DNA from: Eledone cirrhosa
Taxonomy: Eukaryota
Assembly: GCA_964016885.1 (NCBI GenBank)
Contig: OZ024742.1
Span: 229,028,001-229,092,000 of the forward strand
Direction of reading: 5' to 3'
Length of the DNA stretch: 64,000 nt
Below, piece by piece: positions 1-14,959 of the stretch (positions within the stretch are counted from its first letter, which is position 1; the number at the start of each line of letters is the position of its first letter). The notes below the pieces were generated by a model, which had not been told where the DNA came from, ran no database searches, and saw only the letters and a list, made by a program, of their open reading frames with translations. A program made the position numbers and the translations under genes.

Positions 1-49
<49 letters not shown>

Positions 50-58
<9 letters not shown>

Positions 59-492
59 TAGTTTTGCGAGGTTTTTGATATGAAATCGTGTGTCGAAACA
101 AATATTGTTATACTTGGGGAGGGTCATATTTGTGTAATATTGCCAGAATTAATAACAGAACACACTCACTGTTTGGTTGGTTTTCGCTTTTCGCTTCTGT
201 GCCTTTTATATCGGTAATCTAATTTATTCGGTCCTCAATGTTGCCATTGACTGACCAACGGTCACAAATAATACAGATACAATATAGACACAAACACATG
301 TGTTTGAGTCTATATTGTATCTGTATTATTTTTGATCGTCGGTCAGTCGATGGCAACATTGAGGACCGAGTAAGTTAGATTACCGATATAAAAGGCACAG
401 AAGCGAAAATCGAAAACCAACCAAACAGTGAGTGTGTTCTGTTATTAATTCTGGCAATATTACACAAATATGACCCTCGCCAAGTATAACAA
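50..492. mobile_element. TA-embedded non-coding element, family H1, inverted (palindromic) insertion
   Basis: Arms ~105-297 and ~299-492 are reverse complements (centre 'caaacacatgtgtttg'), flanked by (TA)n. Related sequence at 4013-4280, 21619-22260 and 62808-63100. Confidence 0.75.
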
Positions 493-525
493 TATATAAA
501 TATAAATATATATCTAAATATCTAA

Positions 526-652
<127 letters not shown>

Positions 653-661
653 TATATATAG

Positions 662-727
<66 letters not shown>

Positions 728-929
728 CCAGAAGGAGAGGTAGGAATAGAAGTATAGACGTTCAATAGTTCTGTCTATTCTTTGTTAAATGAAGTAACAA
801 AAGCTGAGTAGATGATGGTTTAACTATTGATGTAAGAATTAATATTCTTCTTTCTTCTCCTGTAACATCTATGTCTTTCATGGCATTGTTCAGAAAATCG
901 AAATTAATTGATCGTGATAAAGGTTCACT

Positions 930-1018
930 TTTATTTTGTATTCGTACCTAGATCACTAAACAAACACACAGAATTGCGTATGTGTGTATGTAGTGATCTA
1001 GGTACGAATAGAAAATAC
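930..1018. repeat. short imperfect palindrome
   Basis: 'tattcgtacctagatcacta' ... 'tagtgatctaggtacgaata' arms, adjacent to (ATGT)n. Confidence 0.7.
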
Positions 1019-1217
1019 AATGTATGTATGTATGTATGTATGTATGTATGTATGTATGTATGTATGTATGTATGTATGTATGTATGTATGTATGTATGTA
1101 TGTATGTATGTATGTATGTATGTATGCATATATATATATATTTATATATATATATATAGATATATATATATATATACATATATATACATATATATGTATA
1201 AACATATAACTGTATAC

Positions 1218-1260
<43 letters not shown>

Positions 1261-1269
1261 TAAATATAT

Positions 1270-1528
<259 letters not shown>

Positions 1529-1545
1529 ATCAAGGTTTATATATA

Positions 1546-1975
1546 TATATAATATAATCAAGGTTTAGCAAATAAGAAAAAGTTTTAAAATAAATTTCAA
1601 AGAATTCACTGTACTTACTATGGTTACGTTTACCGAATGGTTTCGAGTCTCAAAAATAAATGGATAGTCCTTGCGAGCCTCCATTGAAAAGATAAACCCT
1701 CGTCAGAAGGTTCATTTCACTCGGAGAAAATAAAATTCCCGAGTTCGAATTACAAACTGGCGCTATTCAAAATTGTTCCCGAGATGAGAATGAATGATGT
1801 GGAAGCAATTCTGTCCAGTGTCGTGTGCAAAGATAGAAGGCAGAGGCAGGGAGGTCAATCTACTACCACTATAAATAACAGCAGTCAAAACGACCAAATT
1901 TTATCTCGACCAGGGGGAGATTAATAATAATAAAGTATATAATGCTACACGCAAAAAACATATAGGGACACATGT
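1546..1975 (-). mobile_element. family H3 copy with type I HHR (1626-1711, slightly decayed)
   Basis: Reverse complement of the 62111-62785 element. Minus strand reads acctt-CTGACGA-gggttt...agactc-GAAA-ccattcgg-TA-aacgt. Confidence 0.8.
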
Positions 1976-1981
1976 ATATAA

Positions 1982-2021
<40 letters not shown>

Positions 2022-2224
2022 GACACATATTTTACCATATGTTATGTATATATGTATGTATATTTATATATTTGAATGTATATATACAACATATATATGT
2101 TTATATACGTAGATATATTCACAAAAATATATCTATAAATATCTATTGATTTGTGTGTAGGTACATATGCACGCATAAATACGTATATTGATATATATAT
2201 TTCCCACACCATACATATACACGA

Positions 2225-2299
<75 letters not shown>

Positions 2300-2398
2300 T
2301 ATTGAAGTTTCCGTTGAAAATTGAAAAAGTCATACGAGTGAAGAGTGCTCTATGTAAGTACCACAGCTAAATTTAATGTATAATAAACAATACAATAT

Positions 2399-2475
2399 AA
2401 TTACCTCCTTACCAGAGGTTTCCCGAATAAGGCGAATACAAGCAACGTCCCCATTCGTTCATCGGACAAGGCAAT
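2399..2475 (-). ncRNA. type I hammerhead ribozyme, decayed (CCGATGA core)
   Basis: aattgccttgt-CCGATGA-a-cgaatgggg...ccttattcg-g-GAAA-cctctgg-TA-aggaggtaatt. Stems I-III pair; U4->C change in core. Confidence 0.6.
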
Positions 2476-3134
2476 TTAAAACATAGTGAAATATTTGAAA
2501 AATTTCCTCAAGAAAGGCAAAAGTTTAACGGGCAAAAAATATATAAATAAAAGTAATGCAATGCAAGAGATATATACAAATAAAATAAGGAAATATAGTT
2601 AGGGCATGTGTATAAATGTGTGTATATTCACTCACAAATGTACATATTTGTCTATGTACAAATGCATGTGTATAGTGAAAGAATGCGTGCGTAAGTACAT
2701 ATATGAGGGCAAGCATCTCAGTGTATGTGTGACCACAAATGCGTATATAATATATGTTGAAAAAGAATTGTAAGATAATAGAGTTAACGTATATCCAGAG
2801 TCAGGTATAAGGATTGAAATATATACACATAGAAGTATGAAAGCACGCGTATAAACACACACGCGCGCGCAACCACATACATTGGAGTGATATATACAGG
2901 GAAGGGAGTGTAACAGTCAAAGCAGTGTCAGTCTGAAGGTCGATACATATATAAAAATGAAAAATGAAAAAATATATGAGAATAAAAAAATTATAAAGTA
3001 ACACTAGAAAAATAGAAAACAAACATAGGTTCGTACGTACACACATATATATATAAATATATATATAAATACGTACAGACAAAAGCACATACATGCGTAC
3101 ATACATACAAAGGCGCGCATACATACACACGAAG

Positions 3135-3244
<110 letters not shown>

Positions 3245-3735
3245 CATATACATATACATATACACACACACACGTATATATAAGTATGTAAAAAACATAG
3301 ATATAGAAAAACACACATACACACACACATATACACATACACGCGCACATACGAATGCATTCGAATACATATACAAACACCCATACACGCACATGCACGC
3401 TCACACGCATAGATACAATATAAAAACCACCCGTATGAATAAATGAGTACAAACTATACGCAAGTAAACATACATAAAAGCGGCTGAGAGACAACAGAAT
3501 ATATCTGGAGTTGAAAACTCAAGTGACCAGTGGTATCAGGTAGTGAAAGAAAATGGGGAAGTAAAATATGTGAAATTGTGAAGATATAAAGTATGTGAAT
3601 AAAAAAGCAGGGGATGGGTGGGGTGGATGTCACTGGTGGATGTGAAGTAAAAATAAAGTTAAAAATAAAAATAAAAGTAAATCAGAAAGAGAAGTCTGTA
3701 AAGAGGGTAATTTAAGGAAAGTGAAGAACAAGAGT

Positions 3736-3906
3736 TTATGGAGGATAAGTATCCGAAAGTGAGTTAAGTTTACATGAGCTGGAAAGCAAGTGTGATTTCA
3801 TGTGTGGGCAACTGGTGAAAATTTCTGTTTTTGCATTTAGGCAGGTTTTTGGTGATTTAAGTTTCTGTAAAATCCAATATTCTTTACTTATGCAGAGTGC
3901 GCATCT
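3736..3906 (-). pseudogene. PLE GIY-YIG endonuclease C-terminal fragment
   Basis: 56-codon open frame ending TAA, with the CxLC...LN...E...CxH motif. Confidence 0.75.
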
Positions 3907-4085
3907 TATATATATATATATATATATATATATTCTATGATCTTCACCAGGATATATATTCGTAAAATCTAATATAACCTTATATACATATATATATATA
4001 TATGTATATATATAGTTTTGCGAGGTTTTTGATATAAAATAAAAATGGCGTAGACATACAATACAACAGGGAGAAACATAATAGT

Positions 4086-4127
4086 ACCAATGATGATGTT
4101 GCAGATGTGCAACGAAAGAACTTTGTT
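4086..4127 (+). ncRNA. HHR motif of family H1, decayed
   Basis: ATGATGA-t-gttgca-gatg-tgcaac-GAAA-gaac-TT; homologous to 21983-22025 and 63012-63049. Confidence 0.5.
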
Positions 4128-4456
4128 AGACTAGATATATGAATTTATATCTGTATTTTTGACCGTTGGTCAGATAAACATTGATTGCCGAATGAATGGA
4201 GATATAAAAGATGCAGAAGCGAAAACCAACTGTTATTATTTCTGGCAATATTATTACAATAATATGAACCTCCCCATAACTCTACCTTTTACTTATATTT
4301 CGGCTCCCTTCCAAAGTGAGGTTATAAGTTGTGTGTGTTGGGCTATTATTTCTAGCCAAACCTACTCACGTCACTTTTGAATTACGGCGCACGAGGTGAA
4401 GTATTTATTCATTCGTGTGAATGTTAGCATTAAGTGTTTGTCGCATTTAATCTGAT

Positions 4457-4538
4457 TCTCTCGCTGATGATGCCCAAGGATTATCTGTTACAAACACACT
4501 CAGGGCGAAACAGATTAAACACTAATCTGTCCGGGAGA
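4457..4538 (+). ncRNA. type I hammerhead ribozyme
   Basis: tctctcg-CTGATGA-t-gccc...gggc-GAAA-cagatta-aacac-taatctg-TC-cgggaga. 7-bp stem I, 4-bp stem II, 8-bp stem III, GUC cleavage triplet (after 4531). Confidence 0.9.
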
Positions 4539-4715
4539 TATAATAGTTATTGAGGCGGTCTGTGTATTTATCTTATATATTTTCTTTCTGTTTCATGGTT
4601 AAATATTTCAAACAAATGTGGGTTACAAGCCTCGTAATTTTAAACACACGATTTACTGTGTTTATTAATACATATATTATTATATATATATATATATATA
4701 TATAAATATATACAC

Positions 4716-4836
<121 letters not shown>

Positions 4837-4844
4837 TATACATA

Positions 4845-4905
<61 letters not shown>

Positions 4906-5285
4906 GTGCTATACGAAAATAAATAAATATATATATATACATGTATATATTTATTTATATGTACATACATACATGTATGTATATATATGTATATATACAT
5001 ACATGCATACATATACATATATTTAGGTATTTGTAAAACTGTAGCGCTGTGTGATGTTTTAATGAATGACCTCCTTTCAGCCATTGTTTCTTTCCTTTTT
5101 AGTCTATACTGAAGGTGATTTAATTGATCTATCGGAAAACATAGTCTTTTAAACGAACATATTTTTTAGATAAAACAACTTTACATCCTCATCATTTCGT
5201 TGGCTGGGTTACATCAACCACACCAGCCATACTCATACACACACATACATTCTTACACACACGTGCACACACAAAACACAGGCAA

Positions 5286-5334
<49 letters not shown>

Positions 5335-5349
5335 ATATATATATATATA

Positions 5350-5560
5350 ACGAAGGAAATGTGGTACGGAACCAGGTGGACCATAATGCACCAAAGTACT
5401 CAATACTTAGTGTAGTAGAGTGGGTAATAGGAACGAGTAGGACCCCGACGGCTGAGCTCAAGCCGTTTCGACGGCTAATTCTGTACTAAATGAACATTTA
5501 GTCCAGAATTAGCCGTCGAAACGGCTTGAGCTCAGCCGTCGGGGTCCTACTCGTTCCTAT
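5350..5560. mobile_element. family H2 palindromic insertion
   Basis: Inverted arms centred ~5492, inside HHR stem II; flanked by (TA)n. Confidence 0.8.
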
Positions 5561-5569
5561 ATATATATA

Positions 5570-5965
5570 TTAATAAAAGGAATTCCAACTTTGTCTGATT
5601 TACTCGTTTTATTTACAATCCTTTAAAATTTATAATGGCATTAGAATGAAATAGTATGGTAGAATATTAAATGTTAAGTGTTAATTGAACAAGTACTTTC
5701 TTGCTTTCGCAATCTTCAGGTTCATATTCTGTGGTGACAGTCAAGTTTGCAATTTTCAACTGTAAAGAGATGGGTAAATTTTGTGCCTTATATACAGAGA
5801 AAAGTGGCTCCAGAATGCTAAATCTTGCAAACTGTATTTCGACCAATCGGTGTGTAGTTTCACTGGATTACTAAAGCTGATTGGTTTAGGCGTCAATAAA
5901 ACGGATTAAAGGATTGTAAATAAAACGAGTAAATCAGACAAAGTTGGAATTCTTTTTATTAATAT
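5570..5965 (-). mobile_element. TA-embedded element, family H4, with inverted terminal segment
   Basis: 5571-5626 is the reverse complement of ~5906-5962; contains the HHR at 5686-5724. Confidence 0.75.
5686..5724 (-). ncRNA. minimal type I hammerhead ribozyme (39 nt)
   Basis: tgaac-CTGAAGA-ttgc-gaaa-gcaa-GAAA-gtac-TT-gttca. Perfect stems I and II (GNRA loop); palindromic stem III AGTACT. Confidence 0.9.
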
Positions 5966-6019
5966 AATCTTCTATACACAATCATACACACCCGTGTATA
6001 TTTCTCTCTCTCTCTCTCT

Positions 6020-6105
<86 letters not shown>

Positions 6106-6231
6106 ACGTACACACATATATGTATGTACGTATACATACTTATATTTAAGTAACAGCCGTACTAAGAATGAGAAATGAAATTTCGTTTCATTTTTTCCGT
6201 TTATATATATATATATATATATGTATATATA

Positions 6232-6864
6232 ATGCAAATTTGGACGGGAACAAAACAGAGAGGCAAACAAATAAAGGTTTATTAGGTTCACGCTCTTGAG
6301 AGTGGGGGGGGGGGACGTTTCGGGAATAAGCACTTCTTCAGGAGAAAATAGGTTAGGAAGAGAGTTCCGAGGGTGTGTGGAGGAGGGGTGGAAATACATT
6401 TAGTAAAAAGGTGGAAGGGGAAAAAATAAAAATAAACGTAAAAATAAACATAAGAATAAACCATAAAATGAACACGTGGTGGATGGGTGTGAGGTATGTA
6501 AGGGTGGTGGTCGGTGTAGTTGAGAGAGGAAGGCGGGGGTCGAAGTGGGGAAGGCTGAAGGTGGTGTTTGTGTATGTGTGTAGGTGTATGTGTGTGTGCG
6601 TCCGTGTGTATGTGAATGTGAGAGTTGGAGGAAGAACGAGGTTCCATGTTCAGGAAAAGGTGTGTGCGTGGGGTGGGGTGTAACTCGGTGTGTGCGTGCG
6701 TGTGGAAAGAGAGGGGTCAGGGGTGGAGGAGGGGGCGTGTGGATTCCGGAGGTTGAGTGTGTATATGTGGAGGTACGGACGTGTGTGTTTTTGTTTATAC
6801 GTGGTGTGGATGTAGGTGGCGTGGTGCGAAAAAAAATGTCAATGTATGTTCGTGGGTAAGTTCC

Positions 6865-6865
<1 letters not shown>
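6232..6865 (-). mobile_element. probable PLE 3' UTR fragment with decayed minimal HHR (6314-6346) and AATAAA
   Basis: Minus strand: pyrimidine-rich tract, then CTGAAGA-agtgcttattccc-GAAACGTC, then aataaa, ending in (TA)n. Stem I partner is lost. Confidence 0.5.
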
Positions 6866-6897
<32 letters not shown>

Positions 6898-7119
6898 GTA
6901 AGTATGCATGTATGTACGTATACATACATATATGTATACAGACGTACAGTCGTATGCATATGTATACATACATGCACACATATATTTATGCACGTATCGG
7001 TTTCCCGAACATTTATTATAATGCTTGGTTTGTTTGTTTGTAAACAAACAAACAGCCCGAATTACGCCGTACAGTGTTTAGGCAACCACGTCACCTTTTT
7101 GTTCAACACTGACACAGGA

Positions 7120-7162
7120 ACGATGTACTAGTTTCAAGCTTATTAGCTATCGTCAGCATCGT
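7120..7162 (-). ncRNA. minimal type I hammerhead ribozyme (inverted copy)
   Basis: Reverse complement of 7387-7429. Confidence 0.88.
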
Positions 7163-7386
7163 ATACCTTCCTGTCAGATGGTTGAACCTTTGAAAGTATA
7201 TACTTTCCTTATGCATATTAACGGCTGAACAGCCTAATGAAATTTCGTTTCATTCTATTCCATTTATCGTTTTCGGTGCGCCCGGCCGACTGAACTCACT
7301 CGATATGCAAATTAAGCTGCTGAGCCGTTAATATGCATAAGGAAAGTATACACTTTCAGACGTTTAACCATCTAGCAAGAAGGTAT

Positions 7387-7429
7387 ACGATGCTGACGAT
7401 AGCTAATAAGCTTGAAACTAGTACATCGT
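7387..7429 (+). ncRNA. minimal type I hammerhead ribozyme
   Basis: acgatg-CTGACGA-t-agct-aata-agct-t-GAAA-ctag-TA-catcgt. Palindromic stem III ACTAGT, GUA triplet. Confidence 0.88.
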
Positions 7430-7725
7430 TCCTGTGTCAGTGTTGAACAAAAAGGTGACGTAGTTGCCTAAACACTGTACGGCGTAATTCGGGCTGTTTT
7501 TTTGTTTACAAACAAACCGAACATTATAATAAATGTTCGGTAAACCTATACGTGCATATATATATATGTGTGCATGTATGTATATATATACATACTACTG
7601 TACGTCTGTATTCATATATGTATGTACGTATACATACATACATACATACATTTAAGTAAGTGTCGTACTAAGAGTGAGAAATGAAATTTCGGTTCATTCT
7701 ATTCCATTGATATATATATATATAT

Positions 7726-8348
7726 AAAATGAGATTAATATCCCCATAGGTACTAAGTACCTACGGAAATATATAGGGTGTCTATAATACATTTGTTGTT
7801 CAATGTTACTAATCTGAGATACCAGAACTATAAAATTGAGATTTATGTTTGCTTGTTCCGCTCATCTCAATTTTATAATTCTAGTATCTCAAATTAGTAC
7901 CATTGAACAACAATTGTATTATAGACACCCTATATATTTCCGTAGGTATTTAGTACCTGTGGGGATATTAATCTCATTTTATGTGTATTCTCCCTCTGTG
8001 TAGAGAAAAAAATGCTGTATCTTGCTGCTATTTTTAGTGGCGTGGCAAACAAGTATATAATATTCCCGCTTTTACTAAAGGCCTGTTTGTGTCTACGTCA
8101 CTTCAACGGCTTGACCTCATACTTCGCGCCGTAGGCGATATATTTACTGACTGTGAGATTTTACGTCCTCTAGAATGGAAATAGCTGTCTGAAGAGCTGC
8201 TCTTTCCGTTGGGAAATTATCTGAATTTCCAATCTTTTGTTAAGCGAAACCGTCGGTAATAGCATTTTGGACAGGTGAATATTTAAATCGTATTTTAATT
8301 TATTTAAAAGATTGTTTAATGTTTGCTTGTTCCGCTCATCTCAATTAT
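7726..8348 (+). mobile_element. family H6: ~474-nt terminally redundant monomer with inverted 5' segment
   Basis: 'atgtttgcttgttccgctcatctcaatt' at 7845 and 8319. 7726-7842 is inverted relative to 7864-7981. HHR at 8184-8263; diverged relative at 53670-53910 (-). Confidence 0.85.
8184..8263 (+). ncRNA. type I hammerhead ribozyme
   Basis: gctgt-CTGAAGA-gct...agc-GAAA-ccgtcgg-TA-atagc. Confidence 0.82.
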
Positions 8349-8387
8349 ACATACATACACACACATATATATATAGATATATATATA

Positions 8388-8782
<395 letters not shown>

Positions 8783-9041
8783 GTATATGTATATATATAT
8801 ACATATATATATACGTATATATATGTATATACATATGTAGGTACATGGACATATTACACGTATGACTTCAACCATACATATGTAAATATGTTGTCAATAA
8901 CATACATACACACATATACATAATTAATTATAAAATCATACACATATATGTTGACGAAGAAATACTAATATATCCCAAAATCTGTATACACACTTCAACA
9001 GCATTCTATACAAATTGTGTATACATTTTTCTGGTACACTA

Positions 9042-9116
<75 letters not shown>

Positions 9117-9118
<2 letters not shown>

Positions 9119-9306
9119 CAACGAGTAGGACCCCGACGGCTGAGCTCAAGCTGTCTTGACGGCTAATTCTGGACAGAATTAGCCGTCGAAACGGCTTGAG
9201 CTCAGCCGTCGGGGTCTTACTCGTTCCTATTACCCACTCTACTACCCTAAGTATTGAGTACTTTGGTGCGTTATGGTCCACCTGGTTCCTTACCACATTT
9301 CCTTCG

Positions 9307-9308
<2 letters not shown>
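9117..9308. mobile_element. family H2 insertion with short inverted 5' segment
   Basis: Inversion junction ~9173 in HHR stem II; 3' end 'cacatttccttcgt' runs into (TA)n. Confidence 0.8.
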
Positions 9309-9352
<44 letters not shown>

Positions 9353-9799
9353 GTGTATTATTAAAAATGCCTTTATTCACAAAGCACTTAATATATTAAG
9401 ATCAACACTAAATTAATATATAATACATAATACTACCTTTCGTACAAATAAACACTTTGCAATGGAACGCATGTAAGTTCCATCTATATTCATGTTGAAA
9501 CACTAACATCCACACATCGAGGTCCTCATACACTAATACATGTACTATAACCCCCTGCATACATACATTCAAACATAAATAGATAGATAAATATATACAT
9601 ACATACACATATATATATATATGCACAAGCCGAAACCGCTTGGTGTCGCAGTTGGTATTTTACATCTCTCTCTCTCTTTCTAAACGCGTATATATATATA
9701 CGTTTTGATATGTAACTAATCGATGAAATGTAGATGTAACATTAAATATAGATTGTTCCTGTTTTTTTCATCTGCAATTGTATATTTGTGGTTGTCTAA

Positions 9800-9888
<89 letters not shown>

Positions 9889-10033
9889 TATATATATACA
9901 CATATATATATATACACATATATACACATATATATATATATACACACATATATATACACATATATATATACACACACATATATATATATATATAACATTA
10001 AATATAGATTGTTTTTGTTTTTTTTCATCTGCA

Positions 10034-10152
<119 letters not shown>

Positions 10153-10945
10153 TGCAGATGAAAAAAAACAAAAACAATCTATATTTAATGTTACATCTAC
10201 ATTTCATCGATTAGTTACATATCAAAACAATGTGTTTAACTAATCTAAAGCACCCAGTTGTTCGAAACTGTGAATCTATACGAAGCTGAATTGTATATCA
10301 TTTCTTTAACATATGGTGCTATTCGACTGAACCCTTCGATTTTCTCATTTGAAAAATCTATTTCAATATTCACTTTTCTATTCAACTAAACGAAAGGACA
10401 GAATTAACTTTTTTGAAAAATTTGATTCTAATGTTTGGTTGAAATGGATACGTAGGATCTCCGTCGTTTCCGACGACGCGTGTTTTAGTTGTTCAATACA
10501 TTAGAAGTCTGGTAGCACGCGAGTTTGTATTTAATTATTTATTAATTTCGTGTTAATTTCCTGTTGTTAACAAAACAATCCTTTCAACACAAAACCGCCG
10601 GAAATCGCGACTGATTCTATGATAGGAAGTTGTTTATTTATGCAGTGTTTGTATTTATAAAAAAAAACAAAAACAAAAACAAAAACAAAAACGCACCTTA
10701 GTTTAATGTAAGAACCTTTGTTATGTGCCAAACACCAGCCTAACAATAAGAAAGTTAGTTATATCACCAAATCCATCCAAATTCTTGATTATTTTCGAAA
10801 TTACTTGAAAATCATAGGACAGTGTATTTAATCAGATAAATGATAAAATTGTTATTTAAGGTGTCACGAAAAAAGTTACTTATAAAAGTGTGTCACTCAC
10901 TAATGTGAAATGCTCAGAAAACACTGCATTATAGGGTAATAAATA

Positions 10946-11120
10946 TTATTGTTTCTACTTTTTGGCACAAGGCCAGTAATTATACCAGTGCATTACTGGT
11001 ACTTTATTTTATGAACCCGGTAAGGATGAAAGGCAAAGTTAACCTCGGCACGATTTGAACTCAGACCGCAAAGGGACGTAACTACATGCTGCAAAGCATG
11101 GCGTCCGACCTTCTACCGAT
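10946..11120 (-). mobile_element. tRNA-derived SINE (Nin/Deu-like core)
   Basis: B-box-like GAGTTCAAATC followed by 'gccgaggttaactttgcctttcatccttac' core; many copies in this window. Confidence 0.8.
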
Positions 11121-11354
11121 ACAAATATAATATTAGTTTTTTGTGTGGAGGCAGGGTGGTTAAGCGGTTCACTTTGCAATCATGAGGTCTTGGTAAGTGT
11201 CATTACCATACTCTTGGGTTAACCCAGGTTTTATCAGTGAGATTATGGAGATGTCGATCCTGACGGCTCTGCCAATTCTGCTCTTCAAGAAACTATAATA
11301 TTAATAACTAGGGGAATAAAGTATGGTTTTAAATTCATCATGTAAATGATGTTA

Positions 11355-11560
11355 GTTTGGCAGATTTGGTAGACTGTCGGATAAAATGTCATTGTGATAT
11401 TTAATCTGGCACTTTAGGTTTTGAGTTGCAATCCCGCCAAGGTCAATTTTACCTTTCATGCTTCCAGGCTCGATAAATAACGTACTAGTACTGGGATTGA
11501 TTTAATCAAATTTGCCCTTCCTCCACAATATGGTGGCCTTATGTCTAAATTAGAAATCGA
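11355..11560 (+). mobile_element. older SINE copy, same superfamily
   Basis: 'gagttgcaatcccgccaaggtcaattttacctttcatg...tcgataaa'. Confidence 0.65.
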
Positions 11561-11905
11561 TATACACAAGGGAAAACTAGTTAAAATATGTTCAAGGGTT
11601 CGTAATTCCTAATTAGAAATAAGAATCTAATTAAAAGTTCTCTTAACTTCGTGCTTTATCGAGGAAAATGACATTAAATCGCTCGTTGTTGTGTGTTGTG
11701 TTCTATATATCTTTACGTTCTTTACAATTTAGAACAGCCAAGATTGAACAGTGATATGACGAAAAACTATTAATATTGCTTAGATGAGTGAATTGTCATC
11801 AGTGTACGATTAATCATTGTCTGATTAAACACGGCCATTGTCTGTTTGAGCAAGATATATTATTCTTCGCAAGATATATTATTGGCATTATATAGCTCTA
11901 CCAAA

Positions 11906-12100
11906 GGGCGGTTGATTGGCAGAGTCGTTAGAGCATTGGAAAAATACTTAGCAGTATTTGTCCCTACCCTATACTTCCAAGTCTAGACGAGATAAAATTT
12001 ACCTTTCATTTTTCTGTGGTCGGTAAAATAAAATACCAGTCAAGTAATGTGGTCGATATAATTGACTTCCACTTCTTACCAAATTGCTGACCTTGGGCCG
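11906..12100 (+). mobile_element. older SINE copy, same superfamily
   Basis: 'gggcggttgattggcagagtcgttagagc' head and decayed core. Confidence 0.6.
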
Positions 12101-12240
12101 AGTCTGCAAGATATCCACCACGAATAAGGCTTAGTGAATGTCACTTCGTCTGAAAAAGGGAAAGGTTTTCTTTTTTTCTTTTTAGAAGACAAAAGAATAA
12201 CCATGACGCGCCACATTTCTTTTCTTCTCATGGAATACAC

Positions 12241-12531
12241 CAGTCATGGGCAACCTGCGGCCCGCGAAGCTTTCTGAATGGCTCACCTAAGTCACCTAAG
12301 TAAAATCTTTCTGATTTTTATACCCCATCATTTCAGTCGTAATTTATCTTTCTATCATTTTTACGATCGAGGAAAACAACATATCCGAATTCTGAAGAAA
12401 CAAATCAAAACAACCCGAGTTACCGCCCCTTTTTTTAATGTGGGCGCAAATGTAAATTAGTGCTTGCGGCCCGCCTGGTGATGAGCCATATTTCATGCGA
12501 CCCGCTTCTCGAAAAAGGTTGCCCATGCCTG
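12241..12531. mobile_element. MITE, hAT(Charlie)-like TIRs
   Basis: cagtcatgggcaacct / aggttgcccatgcctg terminal inverted repeats with internal 'gcggcccgc' motifs; TSD not recognisable. Confidence 0.7.
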
Positions 12532-12966
12532 GTTTCCAATGTCATTTAAAACAATAAATCCCTTTGTCGAACCAGAATCCTTACAGTTTCTTTAGATTCT
12601 GGTATTTATTGCATTTAATGTTAACTGTTACCTATTTTATTAACATTCAATGTGTTTCTATACGCTAGTTTGATGTGCAAGAAATGGCAGCCAAATTCTA
12701 TTCAAATGTCATAGACTATATAAAGGAATTCTTAAAAAGATAAACTAGCCGTAGATCCCCTTTATTTGAATGAAATATTTGGATCATAACCCCGCTCTCT
12801 GAAGTGAAGACAAAGCAAAATAAGCACTACCACCACTATCAACAGCATCATTTGTACCACCAACATAGTTAGTGCGATCATCATCAACCTCACCACCACC
12901 ACCACGACCACCACTACCACCATCATCACTATCATGTAGTATTTCAGTGTAATGTGCCATGTTACT

Positions 12967-13067
<101 letters not shown>

Positions 13068-13604
13068 AGAGAGGTTTCCCAAATGTGTACCGCTGCACTT
13101 TAATGTACCGCTTATAAAATAATCTCCAAGTGTCAAGGAAAATTAGGTGATAAGCTATTTACGAATACTTGGCTGCGAAGATGTGATAATGTCAAGTACA
13201 ATTTCATACGTGATTAGTGACACGCGATATGATATTTAATTGTTTATTCATTAATTTCATTAAATTCGTGTCGCTAAATAATACTTAATTAAATTGTCAC
13301 GAAAAAACTTTACTTTTAAAGTGTGTCACTCACCAACCGGAAATATTTGGAAAGTTCTGGTATAGAGTAATAAATAAAATATTAAGAAACATCGTGTATA
13401 CAAAGTCTAACTCTAGGACTTTTACGAAGCGCTGAGATGATAGAATTAATATAAAGAATGGTGTGCACATGCGCAGAGATGCTATAAAATAGCTTATAAA
13501 ATACGGTAAAGACACTTAAAGATGGAAGAACGATATACCATCGACCGATACAAGGAATAGCTGACGACACCCTTTCTGCTATTTTATAGCATCTCCGCAC
13601 TTTA

Positions 13605-14808
<1,204 letters not shown>

Positions 14809-14959
14809 TATTAAATAACATAATAGTTCTTGTTGTGGAAATAGGCACTAATGAGGGGTTAAGAAATTTTGCAATCACAAAGTTTGGGGTTCTATCTTAT
14901 TGTTTGACATCTCGGACCAATGTCTTTACCACAGCCTCGTCTGGTTTTCTCATCAATAA

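Larger units (their letters stand above)
6895..7708. mobile_element. family H5: ~443-nt terminally redundant monomer (7237-7708) plus inverted partial copy (6895-7235)
   Basis: 'atgaaatttcg(t/g)ttcattctattccatt' occurs at 7238 and 7681. HHRs at 7120-7162 (-) and 7387-7429 (+). Further copies at 51890-52660, 60060-60710 and 6100-6202. Confidence 0.85.

Noticed and set aside
92-120. 'GAAAcaaatattgTT' possible HHR half on the + strand
   Set aside because: Opposite in orientation to the family's clearer HHR (21983/63012 type), with no 5' core.
9626-9655. 'gccGAAAccgcttggtg' possible HHR 3' half
   Set aside because: No upstream core and no valid NUH triplet.
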